From a virus (Duplodnaviria > Heunggongvirae > Uroviricota > Caudoviricetes): a stretch of DNA of 49,462 nt. The notes beneath the pieces were generated by a model, which saw only the letters and a list, made by a program, of their open reading frames with translations, did not search any database and was not told the DNA's origin. The stretch spans positions 1 through 49,462 of IMG/VR virus record IMGVR_UViG_3300010365_001407. The stretch is one strand, 5' to 3'. Made by a program: the position numbers and the translations under genes. The number at the start of each line of letters is the position of its first letter. The first letter of the stretch is position 1. Shown here piece by piece: positions 26,569-35,597 of the stretch.

Positions 26569-27324
26569 ATATTTTAACCATTTTCTTATAGAGTTATCAC
26601 TAACTCCATATTTTCTACCTGTTCCACAATATCCTAATTCTTTAATATCTATTTCTAATTGTTCAATTGATGGTCTTTCTTTTATTCTTAGTGATTTAGT
26701 ATGACATGTATTACAATTTTTTGATGTCTTTTTTATTTGTTTACCACAAGAACAAATATTTTTAATTTTTAATTTTTTAACTTTTATTTTTTTAACTTCT
26801 TCTAATTCACTTCTATTCAAATATTTCTCATTTCTATATTCTGATTTACTACTTTTATTTAGGTTACCACCACAATATGTAGATGTTTGACTATGACAAT
26901 TTGGACACAATATTCTTAAATTATCTATTCTATTATCCATATTATTACCATTTATATGGTCTAAATGAAATGATAGTGGTTTACCACACCAGCTTTCTAT
27001 ATTACATAATTCACATTTACTATCTTTTAATCCCTCTTTTATTAATCTAATTTTAAGATGATGTGTACTTGTATAAGTAGAGTTCTCAACCAAAATATCT
27101 GATATATCTGTTATTTTATTAACAGGTTTATATCTCAAACCAGTATTCCAACCTTGTCCTGTAAAGTGTGATATATCTATATCATATAAATTAATATACT
27201 TTTTTATTGTCTTATAATTACCACCTGCTGGCCTAATTTCTAATCTTCTACAAACTTCTGCAGTGGATAAAACCTCCTTTACTATTTTTTCCAACTCTTC
27301 TTTATCAATCTTATACTTACTCAT
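26542..27324 (-). CDS. HNH homing endonuclease inside tRNA array 3
   Basis: CELCN...HLDHINGNNMDNRIDNLRILCPNCHSQT; paralogue of 15174..15836; C-terminus overlaps the tRNA at 26488..26568. Confidence 0.9.
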   Translation of the reverse strand: MSKYKIDKEELEKIVKEVLSTAEVCRRLEIRPAGGNYKTIKKYINLYDIDISHFTGQGWNTGLRYKPVNKITDISDILVENSTYTSTHHLKIRLIKEGLKDSKCELCNIESWCGKPLSFHLDHINGNNMDNRIDNLRILCPNCHSQTSTYCGGNLNKSSKSEYRNEKYLNRSELEEVKKIKVKKLKIKNICSCGKQIKKTSKNCNTCHTKSLRIKERPSIEQLEIDIKELGYCGTGRKYGVSDNSIRKWLKYASVVPVVF

Positions 27325-27395
27325 AATTAAAATTATTTTAGTATATATATTAAAAAGTTGTGTCTTCCTTTTTATTTAACTTTTCAGTTCAATTG

Positions 27396-27469
27396 TATCT
27401 GGGACGGGAGTCGAACCCGCAGCTTACAAGGCTTAAACTTGTTGTGTTTTCCAGTTTCACCACCCAGAC
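27396..27469 (-). tRNA. tRNA-Leu (TAA) lacking the long variable arm
   Basis: Leu-type D loop; ACAAG-TTTAAGC-CTTGT; 5-nt variable region. Confidence 0.75.
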
Positions 27470-27474
27470 ATTTG

Positions 27475-27558
27475 TACCGAGAGCGGGACTTGAACCCGCA
27501 CGCCACAAGGGCACAAGATTTTAAGTCTTGCATGTACTACCAATTTCATCACCTCGGC
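27475..27558 (-). tRNA. tRNA-Leu (TAA)
   Basis: CAAGA-CTTAAAA-TCTTG, variable arm, A73. Confidence 0.93.
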
Positions 27559-27568
27559 ATTAATTTTA

Positions 27569-27670
27569 ATTAATAGTAGGACTTGAACCTACACTAAGTT
27601 TATTTCATCCTTAGCCATATCCTCTATATCTCTGTATAAAGTTAGGTGTTTACCAGTTCCACCATATCAA
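27569..27670 (-). pseudogene. tRNA-Leu-type body with expanded, non-canonical anticodon/variable region
   Basis: D arm GGTGGAACTGGTAAACAC and T arm GTAGG-TTCAAGT-CCTAC present; no standard anticodon arm. Confidence 0.5.
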
Positions 27671-27673
27671 TTG

Positions 27674-27747
27674 TGACTCCGACAGGGCTCGAACCTGTGA
27701 CCCACAGATTAGAAATCTGTTGCTCTATCCATCTGAGCTACGGAGCC
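27674..27747 (-). tRNA. tRNA-Arg (TCT)
   Basis: Canonical, ACAGA-TTTCTAA-TCTGT. Confidence 0.93.
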
Positions 27748-27752
27748 AATTT

Positions 27753-27790
27753 AAAACAAAAAACCCAAAACTTTTTGAGTCTTGGGTTTT
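27753..27790 (-). terminator. attenuator terminator upstream of tRNA array 3
   Basis: Minus strand AAAACCCAAGACT-CAAAA-AGTTTTGGGTTTT-TTGTTTT. Confidence 0.85.
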
Positions 27791-27813
27791 GTTATTTGTT
27801 ATACTTTAATTGA

Positions 27814-27915
27814 TTACCAACTAAAATCATTTCCAAATTGAGCAAAACCCATCCCTTGTCTCAAAGATAAGACAGTCAGTGTTAAGTTTCTTCTATTTAG
27901 AATTGTTGTGTTCAT
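27814..27915 (-). CDS. leader peptide 3 MNTTILNRRNLTLTVLSLRQGMGFAQFGNDFSW
   Basis: 33-aa ORF starting 6 nt after TAATATATA; Leu x5 (CTA,TTA,CTG,TTA,TTG) and Arg x3 (all AGA) within residues 6-19. Confidence 0.8.
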   Translation of the reverse strand: MNTTILNRRNLTLTVLSLRQGMGFAQFGNDFSW

Positions 27916-27920
27916 AATTG

Positions 27921-27980
27921 TATATATTAAAGTTTTATTCTCTCTTTTTGTTTATTTGTTATTTTTATAGTACAAAAGTA
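27921..27980 (-). promoter_or_regulatory. tandem promoters for array 3: TAATATATA (27921-27929) and TACTTTTG (27973-27980)
   Basis: Motif recurrence. Confidence 0.7.
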
Positions 27981-28005
27981 TAAAAAGTTTTCTAATGTAC
28001 CTAAT

Positions 28006-28263
28006 TTATTTTAATATTTCTTTTAATTTTTCTTCTCTCTTTTCTTCTACAGACATATTATCAATCTTTTCATTAGTATAATTTGACCAACCCATTAAGG
28101 TAAAAAATAAGATAAAATATATCCAAATAAATGTTATATTATTAAGTAATGAGGTTGGTAAAAAGAATGGTATTACAAACAACATTAAGATTGCTGTTAT
28201 ACCTGTAACTAATGTTAGTTTACTTTTAATTTTAGAATTACACATTTTTTGATAAAGGATCAA
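28006..28263 (-). CDS. small membrane protein (2 TM)
   Basis: Two hydrophobic stretches; ends with REEKLKEIL motif; true start uncertain. Confidence 0.55.
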   Translation of the reverse strand: MILYQKMCNSKIKSKLTLVTGITAILMLFVIPFFLPTSLLNNITFIWIYFILFFTLMGWSNYTNEKIDNMSVEEKREEKLKEILK

Positions 28264-28414
28264 ATAATATATTTATATCTGGTATTATATAAAAACAAAA
28301 AATAGGAACTGCTATTCCAACAATAGCAGTTAGTATTGATAAGTCTTTCTTTAAATTTTTCCAGAATTTACTATTCATCTCATTATTTTATTTTACAAAG
28401 ATACAAAAATAAAT

Positions 28415-28576
28415 TTAACCTTGTTGTTGTCTTTTTCTCCAAGCTGCTATATCATTTTCCATATACTTTCTAATTCTCTTTGATGCATTCATTGAGTTTT
28501 CATCACAAAACTTTTGAAATTCTTCCAATAGTTTTTCAGATACTCTTATTCCAAATATTCTATCTTTACTTGCCAT
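28415..28576 (-). CDS. ribbon-helix-helix-type DNA-binding protein (53 aa), below ORF-track cutoff
   Basis: Manual translation MASKDRIFGIRVSEKLLEEFQKFCDENSMNASKRIRKYMENDIAAWRKRQQQG. Confidence 0.6.
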   Translation of the reverse strand: MASKDRIFGIRVSEKLLEEFQKFCDENSMNASKRIRKYMENDIAAWRKRQQQG

Positions 28577-28651
28577 AATGTTTACTTATTTTTACAAGTA
28601 TATATTTATATGTACATTCTATATTTTATATTTTTTTCTCAACATAGGTAA

Positions 28652-28957
28652 CTATTTCACCTGTTTCAAATCCTTTTCAATAAGTAGTGGTAGTGAACTG
28701 TCTTTACACCAGGCATATATGGTATAATCTTTGTAGTTTTCTAATACATATTCCCATCTGGTTTCCCATAGAAGTCTATAGATTCCCATTCTTCTGTAGT
28801 CAGAGTGTACCCAAGCATCAAGAAACTTTATCCTATTATCTTTCTCAATATTCATAAATATATGACCAACTGCCAGGTTGTTTGTTTGGTCATTTGCAAT
28901 CCACATTTCCAAGTTCTGTGCATTTGTTTTAAGGTGAGTGATAATAAGGTTTTCCAT
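28652..28957 (-). CDS. GNAT-family acetyltransferase
   Basis: WVHSDYRRMGIYRLL acetyl-CoA binding motif. Confidence 0.7.
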   Translation of the reverse strand: MENLIITHLKTNAQNLEMWIANDQTNNLAVGHIFMNIEKDNRIKFLDAWVHSDYRRMGIYRLLWETRWEYVLENYKDYTIYAWCKDSSLPLLIEKDLKQVK

Positions 28958-29005
28958 AAACTATATATCATAAAAATAAATGAAAAAACCTATATTTCTA
29001 TAGGT

Positions 29006-29662
29006 TTAGTAAATTTTTTCTGCAACTCTTATACAAGATGTTACATCCTTCTCACAATATGTTTTAACTTCTTCAACTCTACCATCCCAGAAAGCAACAT
29101 GAACATCTGATCCATTCATATTATCTTTAGGTGATTCAACATCTAATTCGTATGTCACTTCATCAAATGTACTTGTATATGCAAATCGTATTTTCCAATC
29201 ATCAGAAATATCAACTATTCTTGTCTCCCAAGGTTTTTTATTATGTAATGTAATAATACTGGCAGGATTAATATCATACTTATGAAGTTTATGTAATATC
29301 CAAGGTATATCAAAATATAATATTCTATACCCACCTAATTTGAAATTTTTAGTTTCAATCTTTTTCAAAAGATTATTAAATTTTTCAACTATATCTTTTT
29401 CATCATCACCATAGAAACTAGATATTCTTTCTGTACCATTGTCTAAGTAACCAAATGATATACAAGTTATTCTACCATAAGTTGATATTATTGGGGATTC
29501 CTCCAAGTATGCTTTTTCTAAAGTTTCATACTTATCAACCCAATTATATTTTATATATTTGTTAGAGAATAGGTTATATCCTCTAATATCATTTATTTTT
29601 AATTCTTCTATATTTCTATACTGACCTGCAGTTTCTATATCAAACATGAATATATCTTCCAT
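29006..29662 (-). CDS. PolB-like 3'-5' exonuclease domain protein
   Basis: FDIET, FDIPWI, YCEKDV (DEDDy) motifs. Confidence 0.8.
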   Translation of the reverse strand: MEDIFMFDIETAGQYRNIEELKINDIRGYNLFSNKYIKYNWVDKYETLEKAYLEESPIISTYGRITCISFGYLDNGTERISSFYGDDEKDIVEKFNNLLKKIETKNFKLGGYRILYFDIPWILHKLHKYDINPASIITLHNKKPWETRIVDISDDWKIRFAYTSTFDEVTYELDVESPKDNMNGSDVHVAFWDGRVEEVKTYCEKDVTSCIRVAEKIY

Positions 29663-29665
29663 TTT

Positions 29666-30379
29666 CTAATATTTATGATTTTTACTTCTATTTTTTTCTA
29701 CTTCAAGAGGTTGAAAGTTTGAATAGTGATTTAACTTTAATAACTCTTCTTCATTTGTTGAAGTTGCTAATTGTATTATATGATCAAACTCCCAATACGA
29801 ACCATAATTATCCCAGTTCATACTTTCATTAAATTGTTTTTCTATATGATTTTTAAAATCTTCAAATGTACAACCAAGAATTTCTATTGTCTTTTTTGAT
29901 TTGGTACTAAACCTTCTTTTAAATGAAGAATATATTAAATTTCTTACAGAGAGTTTAAATTTGAAAAAACTATCATTTTTCTTTCTATCTGAGTAATACT
30001 TATTAATTTTATCTTTATTTTTTTGCTTATACTCTCTATTGTAATTAGAGACATAATCTTTGTTTTTATCTTTATTTTTTTGATAATATACTTTTTTATT
30101 TTTGTTTAAAGTTTCTTTATTATCTTCTCTATATTTTTTAATTATTTCTTTATTATCTTCTCTATATTTTTTAAAGCATTGTTTACAGGATGCACAAAAT
30201 CCATCTTTACTTCTATCATCAACATTATAATTCTCTATTTTTAAATTTTCATTACACTTTGAACAGACTTTATACTCTATAATTAAATCTTTGTTACACT
30301 CTATACAAATTATTCTTCTTTTATAAAATTGAGTAATTTCCTTTTCTGTATTACATTCTATACAATTCCTCATAACCAC
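29666..30379 (-). CDS. HNH-type homing endonuclease with CxxC repeats
   Basis: Four CxxC; HIEKQF...MNWDNYG..WEFDHII...LNHYSNFQPL. Confidence 0.75.
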   Translation of the reverse strand: MVMRNCIECNTEKEITQFYKRRIICIECNKDLIIEYKVCSKCNENLKIENYNVDDRSKDGFCASCKQCFKKYREDNKEIIKKYREDNKETLNKNKKVYYQKNKDKNKDYVSNYNREYKQKNKDKINKYYSDRKKNDSFFKFKLSVRNLIYSSFKRRFSTKSKKTIEILGCTFEDFKNHIEKQFNESMNWDNYGSYWEFDHIIQLATSTNEEELLKLNHYSNFQPLEVEKNRSKNHKY

Positions 30380-30416
30380 AACTTTTTTATTATATATATT
30401 AAAAAGTTGTTGTTCT

Positions 30417-30608
30417 CTAATAAATTTTATCTATTAACTCTTTAATATTTAGAGTCCCTTCTCTGTATTGAAATTCTTTTAATCTTCTATCTGGAAAAGA
30501 TGATTTTCTCCATATAGATGCAATTGATTTGGTCACATCAAAATATTTTTCTAATTTTTGTGAGTATTTCTTTTTAATATAAAATTCTATAAATAATATA
30601 TCTATCAT
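30417..30608 (-). CDS. small hypothetical, possibly DNA-binding
   Basis: ORF track. Confidence 0.5.
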   Translation of the reverse strand: MIDILFIEFYIKKKYSQKLEKYFDVTKSIASIWRKSSFPDRRLKEFQYREGTLNIKELIDKIY

Positions 30609-30663
30609 CTAATTTTTTATTAATTATATCACATTTATCCTTAAAAGTTTTATATATAGTACT

Positions 30664-31239
30664 ATGATACATATAAAGACATTTGAGAGTTTTCTACCAA
30701 AATTTAAACTTGTTACTAGTAATGCTAGAAAAATAAGAGAATATAGAGAACTTATACCGAATCTTAGAGTTGAAGAAGGTAGAGACTTACCAGAAGTTGA
30801 TTCTGATGATGAAACAGTTGCTATATACAAAGCAATTGATAATGGTATTTATACTATATCAGAAGATACATCATTAGAAATTGAAGGTGAAAATGTTGGA
30901 GTTAATTTAAAATGGTTTAAAAGTAGAATGCATGAATTTGCTGGTAAAAGAGCATATTGGAAAGTTTTACTTGCTAAAAATGATGGTGAATATATTAAAA
31001 TATATGAAGGATTTATTGAAGGTGAAATTGTAGAAAGTGATGATTTATCATCTTTTGATAAATATTTTAAAGTTACTAAATATGATAAATTATTAGGTGA
31101 TTTAAAATTGACAGATATAAATTCTTATTTATATTCTGCAAGAGCGATGGCTGCTAAAAATTTAAGACAAGATAAGTTTATTCTTAGAAAAAGAATAAAA
31201 TTTATCCCAAAATGGACCGGAAAATATCAAAACTCATGA
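30664..31239 (+). CDS. hypothetical protein with CTS-like N-terminus
   Basis: MIHIKTFESF start; TATATATA at 30651-30658. Confidence 0.6.
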   Translation: MIHIKTFESFLPKFKLVTSNARKIREYRELIPNLRVEEGRDLPEVDSDDETVAIYKAIDNGIYTISEDTSLEIEGENVGVNLKWFKSRMHEFAGKRAYWKVLLAKNDGEYIKIYEGFIEGEIVESDDLSSFDKYFKVTKYDKLLGDLKLTDINSYLYSARAMAAKNLRQDKFILRKRIKFIPKWTGKYQNS

Positions 31240-31403
31240 AAATAAATATTCAAAAAGATTTTTATAATCATCAATGGGTTATTTACTATGGTGATATTAA
31301 ACAAACAGTAGATTTTTTTAAAAGTGATGATTATTTAGAGAAAATGATAAATAAAATAATACAGAATCATAGGAATAAACAATTAAAAGATATATTATCA
31401 TAA
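31236..31403 (+). CDS. small hypothetical protein
   Basis: ATGA overlap with previous gene; ends RNKQLKDIL. Confidence 0.5.
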   Translation: MKINIQKDFYNHQWVIYYGDIKQTVDFFKSDDYLEKMINKIIQNHRNKQLKDILS

Positions 31404-31409
31404 ATCTTT

Positions 31410-31865
31410 TCATACAATATATTTTTTTATCATATCTGGACCGCCAAATTCTTCAATTTTTCTAATCGCGGATGATGAAATATGTTCATAATCCCTATCA
31501 CAAGTAAGGTAAATTACATTCACATCTTTTTTGAAATCATCTATAAATCTATATTGATTTACTTCATAGTCTAAGTCAACTCCATTTCTTAGACCTCTAA
31601 TTACAACTACTTTATAACCATCATCTTCATAATCATTTATAAGTTCATGTAGAAATTTATTATAAGTAATTATTTTTCGATTAATTCTTTGTTCTAACAG
31701 ATGAAAATATTCATCTGATTTTGATATTTTTGGTTTATCAGGATTAATACCAACTGCAATTAACACATTACCTCTACCAAATATTCTTTCAGCTTTCTCA
31801 ATTATGTTAATGTGTCCAATATGCATTTTGTTAAAGGAGCCTGGATAAATTGCTATTGTTTTCAT
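31410..31865 (-). CDS. coaD: phosphopantetheine adenylyltransferase
   Basis: AIYPGSFNKMHIGH (HxGH), VIRGLR...DLDYE, ISSSAIR motifs. Confidence 0.85.
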   Translation of the reverse strand: MKTIAIYPGSFNKMHIGHINIIEKAERIFGRGNVLIAVGINPDKPKISKSDEYFHLLEQRINRKIITYNKFLHELINDYEDDGYKVVVIRGLRNGVDLDYEVNQYRFIDDFKKDVNVIYLTCDRDYEHISSSAIRKIEEFGGPDMIKKYIV

Positions 31866-32134
31866 ATTCCTAATTCATTAAGTTTCTCTTCTCTTGCAAT
31901 ATGTTTTGGTTTAGCCTCAACTTCATTTTTATGATATGGAGTACCATTAGTTGAATAGATATGTGTTTTATCAACTCTTGCAATAATTCCAATAGTAGGT
32001 TCTTTACTATACTTTGAAGTATAATAGAACTCTGCACTTGGATAAGGTTCATTACCACATTTACAAACTAAGACTACTGGATCATTTGAATGTATAATAG
32101 TAATTGGATTTATATTAACCGTATTTATTGACAT
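31862..32134 (-). CDS. hypothetical protein
   Basis: ORF track; ends REEKLNELGI. Confidence 0.55.
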   Translation of the reverse strand: MSINTVNINPITIIHSNDPVVLVCKCGNEPYPSAEFYYTSKYSKEPTIGIIARVDKTHIYSTNGTPYHKNEVEAKPKHIAREEKLNELGI

Positions 32135-32136
32135 TG

Positions 32137-32523
32137 TTATAATATTTTTTCCAGTTTATCACCTCTTTTATTTTGTAAACTATTTACTTGTAGATGTTTA
32201 ATATCTGGATCATGTTTCTTTTGTAAGGTACATTCTGTTAAAATTTCTAATAGACTTGCATCTCTCTCAACTCCAATATATTTACCATCTGGTTTTATTT
32301 CCAAACCATTGTAATAATGTTTCATTTTACCATTACCAGATTCAATTTCTAAGATAAATTCAATTTTTGGATCCAAATTATATTTTTCTAGAAGTTTTAA
32401 AACTTCTAATGGTTCTACTAACATTTTAAGACTTAATATATTATTAATGTCTTTTAATTGACCATAAATAATCTTCCATTGTTTTTGTGATATATTATCA
32501 AGTTCTTTTAAGAAATTATTCAT
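32137..32523 (-). CDS. hypothetical protein
   Basis: ORF track; ends RGDKLEKIL. Confidence 0.55.
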   Translation of the reverse strand: MNNFLKELDNISQKQWKIIYGQLKDINNILSLKMLVEPLEVLKLLEKYNLDPKIEFILEIESGNGKMKHYYNGLEIKPDGKYIGVERDASLLEILTECTLQKKHDPDIKHLQVNSLQNKRGDKLEKIL

Positions 32524-32687
32524 TTGTATATGTTATATTAGTTACTTCTTCTAATCTTTCTCCAATATTAGAAATAAGACTTTCGTTATATATTTTATCA
32601 ATAAGATTAATAACAATATCTCTATACTCTGGAGTAATTTTAGTTCTAAAATTAGGTCTTATTTTCATATTGTTTTTATTTTATTTA

Positions 32688-32915
32688 TTACATTCCTAAT
32701 AAACCCATAAGATTTCTATGTAGGCTCATTACTCTTATATGTGTAAGGAATTCCATTTCATTCATAGATTTGGAACATCCTAATTGTTCTTTTACATTAT
32801 CTTTCTGATTACTATCTAATTTAAGATATTTATCTAACATTTCTCTCATTTGATCAGTGCTAACACCATCTTTATTTACAAATTTTCTATTCATAGAATG
32901 TGACAAGTTTATCAA
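32688..32915 (-). CDS. hypothetical protein
   Basis: ORF track; start uncertain. Confidence 0.45.
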   Translation of the reverse strand: MINLSHSMNRKFVNKDGVSTDQMREMLDKYLKLDSNQKDNVKEQLGCSKSMNEMEFLTHIRVMSLHRNLMGLLGM

Positions 32916-33189
32916 CTGGTTTAACTACAGAACCATAACCTTCATCAAAGTAAGTTCCATCATAAGATGAATACCAACCATCAGTTCTGATATAAACATC
33001 ATGCTCTACAAAGTATTGAACTTTATACCAAGTTGAACCCATATCTGGGCCACCATATTTATCAACTACTTTTACTTCACCTAATCCTAATTCGGTTGGA
33101 TTATAATCTTCATAGGCAAATTCTTGTACACTCATGTTTGCTTGGATTTTTTCCAAGATTTGCTCTCCAGTTAATTTATTGTTTGTCAT
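32887..33189 (-). CDS. small acidic protein, tandem paralogue 4
   Basis: C-terminal ...YSSYDG...VKPVDKLVTFYE motif shared with neighbours. Confidence 0.6.
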   Translation of the reverse strand: MTNNKLTGEQILEKIQANMSVQEFAYEDYNPTELGLGEVKVVDKYGGPDMGSTWYKVQYFVEHDVYIRTDGWYSSYDGTYFDEGYGSVVKPVDKLVTFYE

Positions 33190-33538
33190 ATACTGTTGTT
33201 GTTACTTGTTTAGGAAATACTTGTGTTACTTTACTATTATAGTAATGTTCATATTGGCCATATGAATCATATGTACCTGTGATTTTGATATAAGCATCTG
33301 CTACTGGAAAGTATATTACTGACCAAAATTCAGATGTATCACATCTACCTGCTACTTTTTTATATTCTGTTGGTAATCCAACTGATTCTAAATAAGCATC
33401 TACTGTTTCAAATTCACCTTCTTCATCTAACTCTTCTAAAAGATATTCTTCATCATCAAAACAATCAAAAAGTGCTTTTTGTAATCCTTTATCTTGAATG
33501 ATTTTAATAATTTCTTCTGCTGTTTGTACTACTGCCAT
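33176..33538 (-). CDS. small acidic protein, tandem paralogue 3
   Basis: ...YDSYGQ...VFPKQVTTTVY. Confidence 0.6.
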   Translation of the reverse strand: MAVVQTAEEIIKIIQDKGLQKALFDCFDDEEYLLEELDEEGEFETVDAYLESVGLPTEYKKVAGRCDTSEFWSVIYFPVADAYIKITGTYDSYGQYEHYYNSKVTQVFPKQVTTTVYDKQ

Positions 33539-33822
33539 ACTGTAATTGTTTTTTCTACTTTTTTAACTTCTTTCATTTCATCCCACTCTTCTCCTTCATA
33601 AGAACATCTTGTTCCAGAGAACATAACATTAATATCATACTTCTCAAAGTAAATAACTCTTTCTAAACTAGTATCTTCATTTCCATATGAATCATAGTTA
33701 AACTGGTCATTGTTTTCTAATAGTTTACCACCAAATGGTTCTCTGTAGAAGTCTTCCATGTAATCATAGATAGAGCCAAATTTTTCATCAAACTCTTGTT
33801 TAAATTCTTCAAATTTTGTCAT
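33529..33822 (-). CDS. small acidic protein, tandem paralogue 2
   Basis: ...CSYEG...VKKVEKTITVW. Confidence 0.6.
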   Translation of the reverse strand: MTKFEEFKQEFDEKFGSIYDYMEDFYREPFGGKLLENNDQFNYDSYGNEDTSLERVIYFEKYDINVMFSGTRCSYEGEEWDEMKEVKKVEKTITVWQ

Positions 33823-33831
33823 AATAAATTT

Positions 33832-34086
33832 TTAGTTAATTGTTTGATAATCTGTAATTGTTTTTGTTACTGGTTGTACAAATTGTAATTCAGTAAGCTC
33901 TGCATTTTCTCCATAAGAGTCAACTCTAATTGTTTCTTTAAGAAACAAACCCTCACCTACATCATAAATAGTAGTTGTACTTGGTCTGTATTCACCATCT
34001 GATTCTTCTGCAACTTTTTTGTACTTGCTTGAAAAGTTTCCAACTTTGGAAAGGATTTCATTTAGTTTTTTAACTTCAATGTTCAT
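33832..34086 (-). CDS. small acidic protein, tandem paralogue 1
   Basis: ...DSYGE...VQPVTKTITDY. Confidence 0.6.
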   Translation of the reverse strand: MNIEVKKLNEILSKVGNFSSKYKKVAEESDGEYRPSTTTIYDVGEGLFLKETIRVDSYGENAELTELQFVQPVTKTITDYQTIN

Positions 34087-34807
34087 ATTTATAGTTTTTA
34101 TTAATTAATTCTCTGTAATTCACCTTTGGCGTTTCTAAATTCTTATAGTTCTCAATTGCAAACATTGCAATATAAGAAGGAAAATGTTTGATGATATTAT
34201 CTTTTAATTGTAATTTATATCCTTCTCTCCAATGGTTGTGTTTATATCTTTCCCAAGCCATTACTGCTGTTTCTTCATAAACAACTTTTGACTTATCTTC
34301 ATATGATAATTTATGAAATTTGTTTTCATCTAATTCAACTTCTGCACCATCTTTTAAAAGTAATGTGTACATAGGTACTGGATTGATTAAAGTATGAATA
34401 TAATCATGTTGTTCTGTATCAGCATTAACTGCATTACTAAAGAAATCTTCTTTAGTAAGCATTAGATTAGATTTCTTTACTTTTTTATGAAGGTCATTCC
34501 AAAATGGAATTAATTCATCAATAATATCTTTATTATATTGAACACCTTTAGACATAAGGAATTGTACATCAAACATATGTTTGAACCAATTAATATCATG
34601 GAAAAGATGTGAAATCTTTAATGATAAAAGTAACTCAGGTTTTAAGAAACCATCATTCTGATATTTTAGTATGATTGGATTATATAGGTATTCAATATTA
34701 TCAGAGTTTTTATTATCTTCTTTATCTACTACATAATCTAAGTCTTTTGGATTTCTTGGGAAATCTGGAAAGAAATTCTTTATTGCGGTTGAGCCTATTA
34801 TTAACAT
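34076..34807 (-). CDS. putative nucleotidyltransferase-fold phage protein
   Basis: IIGSTA...PKDLDY (GS...DxD); LKISH...W.KH..D pattern. Confidence 0.55.
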   Translation of the reverse strand: MLIIGSTAIKNFFPDFPRNPKDLDYVVDKEDNKNSDNIEYLYNPIILKYQNDGFLKPELLLSLKISHLFHDINWFKHMFDVQFLMSKGVQYNKDIIDELIPFWNDLHKKVKKSNLMLTKEDFFSNAVNADTEQHDYIHTLINPVPMYTLLLKDGAEVELDENKFHKLSYEDKSKVVYEETAVMAWERYKHNHWREGYKLQLKDNIIKHFPSYIAMFAIENYKNLETPKVNYRELINKNYKYEH

Positions 34808-34818
34808 GTTTTAATTTT

Positions 34819-35436
34819 TTACAAAGATAAGGAATATTTTTCTTTAATTGTCAACTCTATTAAATCATTTATGTTTTTCCAAAAAACTGAATTATTATCA
34901 ATAAGTTTTTTTATTTGGTCAGTACCCAGAGCTCTAACTCTACCAGAAAATACTTTTGATTCTGTTACCCAGTGTAAACCTGTTGAGTTCGTAAATACTA
35001 TCATATTTGTTCTTGTATCTTTATCAACATTATAGTTTATTATAGATTGGAATGCAAACTGTTTAATATCACTTTCAGTTAGTTCAGTAGTTGGATCAGA
35101 TCGAAATTTAACTTGAACTGTTAGAGGTTTTTCATCCATTCCTTGTCCTATACCATCCACACCATAATCGTCGATTGGTGGTGCTGGTTTATAGTCATAT
35201 ACACCAATTCTATTATCTGCAGAAAGGATTTTGAAGAAACATTCTGCAAATATTTCAAAAAGGTCACCTTTTACTTTCTCAGCATCATTATAAGCCAATG
35301 ATTTGAAAGTTTTAGATAGTTTTATTATTTTACTTGTAAGTTTTGCTAGTGTATTGGTATCTTTAAATAATGTATTAAAAATATCATTATTTTTATTGTA
35401 AAGATTTACAAATGCTTCATGTTGTATTGTTTTCAT
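34819..35436 (-). CDS. Mrr-like PD-(D/E)XK restriction endonuclease domain protein
   Basis: GDLFEIFAE...DYGVDGIG...VQVKF catalytic pattern. Confidence 0.7.
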   Translation of the reverse strand: MKTIQHEAFVNLYNKNNDIFNTLFKDTNTLAKLTSKIIKLSKTFKSLAYNDAEKVKGDLFEIFAECFFKILSADNRIGVYDYKPAPPIDDYGVDGIGQGMDEKPLTVQVKFRSDPTTELTESDIKQFAFQSIINYNVDKDTRTNMIVFTNSTGLHWVTESKVFSGRVRALGTDQIKKLIDNNSVFWKNINDLIELTIKEKYSLSL

Positions 35437-35597
35437 TTTTAATTATAAAGTTAAAATTATTGCGTTTTTTATTTCTAATAACTTATTATATCTAGCATCA
35501 TCTATTAAAATGTGAAATTCATCATCAAATTTTTTTAAGACTTTCAGTATTTTTTAATTTTTGTAAAATATTCATATTAATTTTTTATAGTTTAAGT

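Noticed and set aside
27569-27670. tmRNA or group I intron in the Leu-like element
   Set aside because: The insert is only about 30 nt; no tag ORF, pseudoknots or intron core
27861-27868. TATCTTTG promoter-like box inside leader 3
   Set aside because: It is formed by Leu-Ser-Leu codons and any transcript from it would still meet the terminator; treated as coincidental
30113-30172. Direct repeat TTCTTTATTATCTTCTCTATATTTTTT
   Set aside because: Simply encodes a KKYREDNKE helical repeat within the HNH protein
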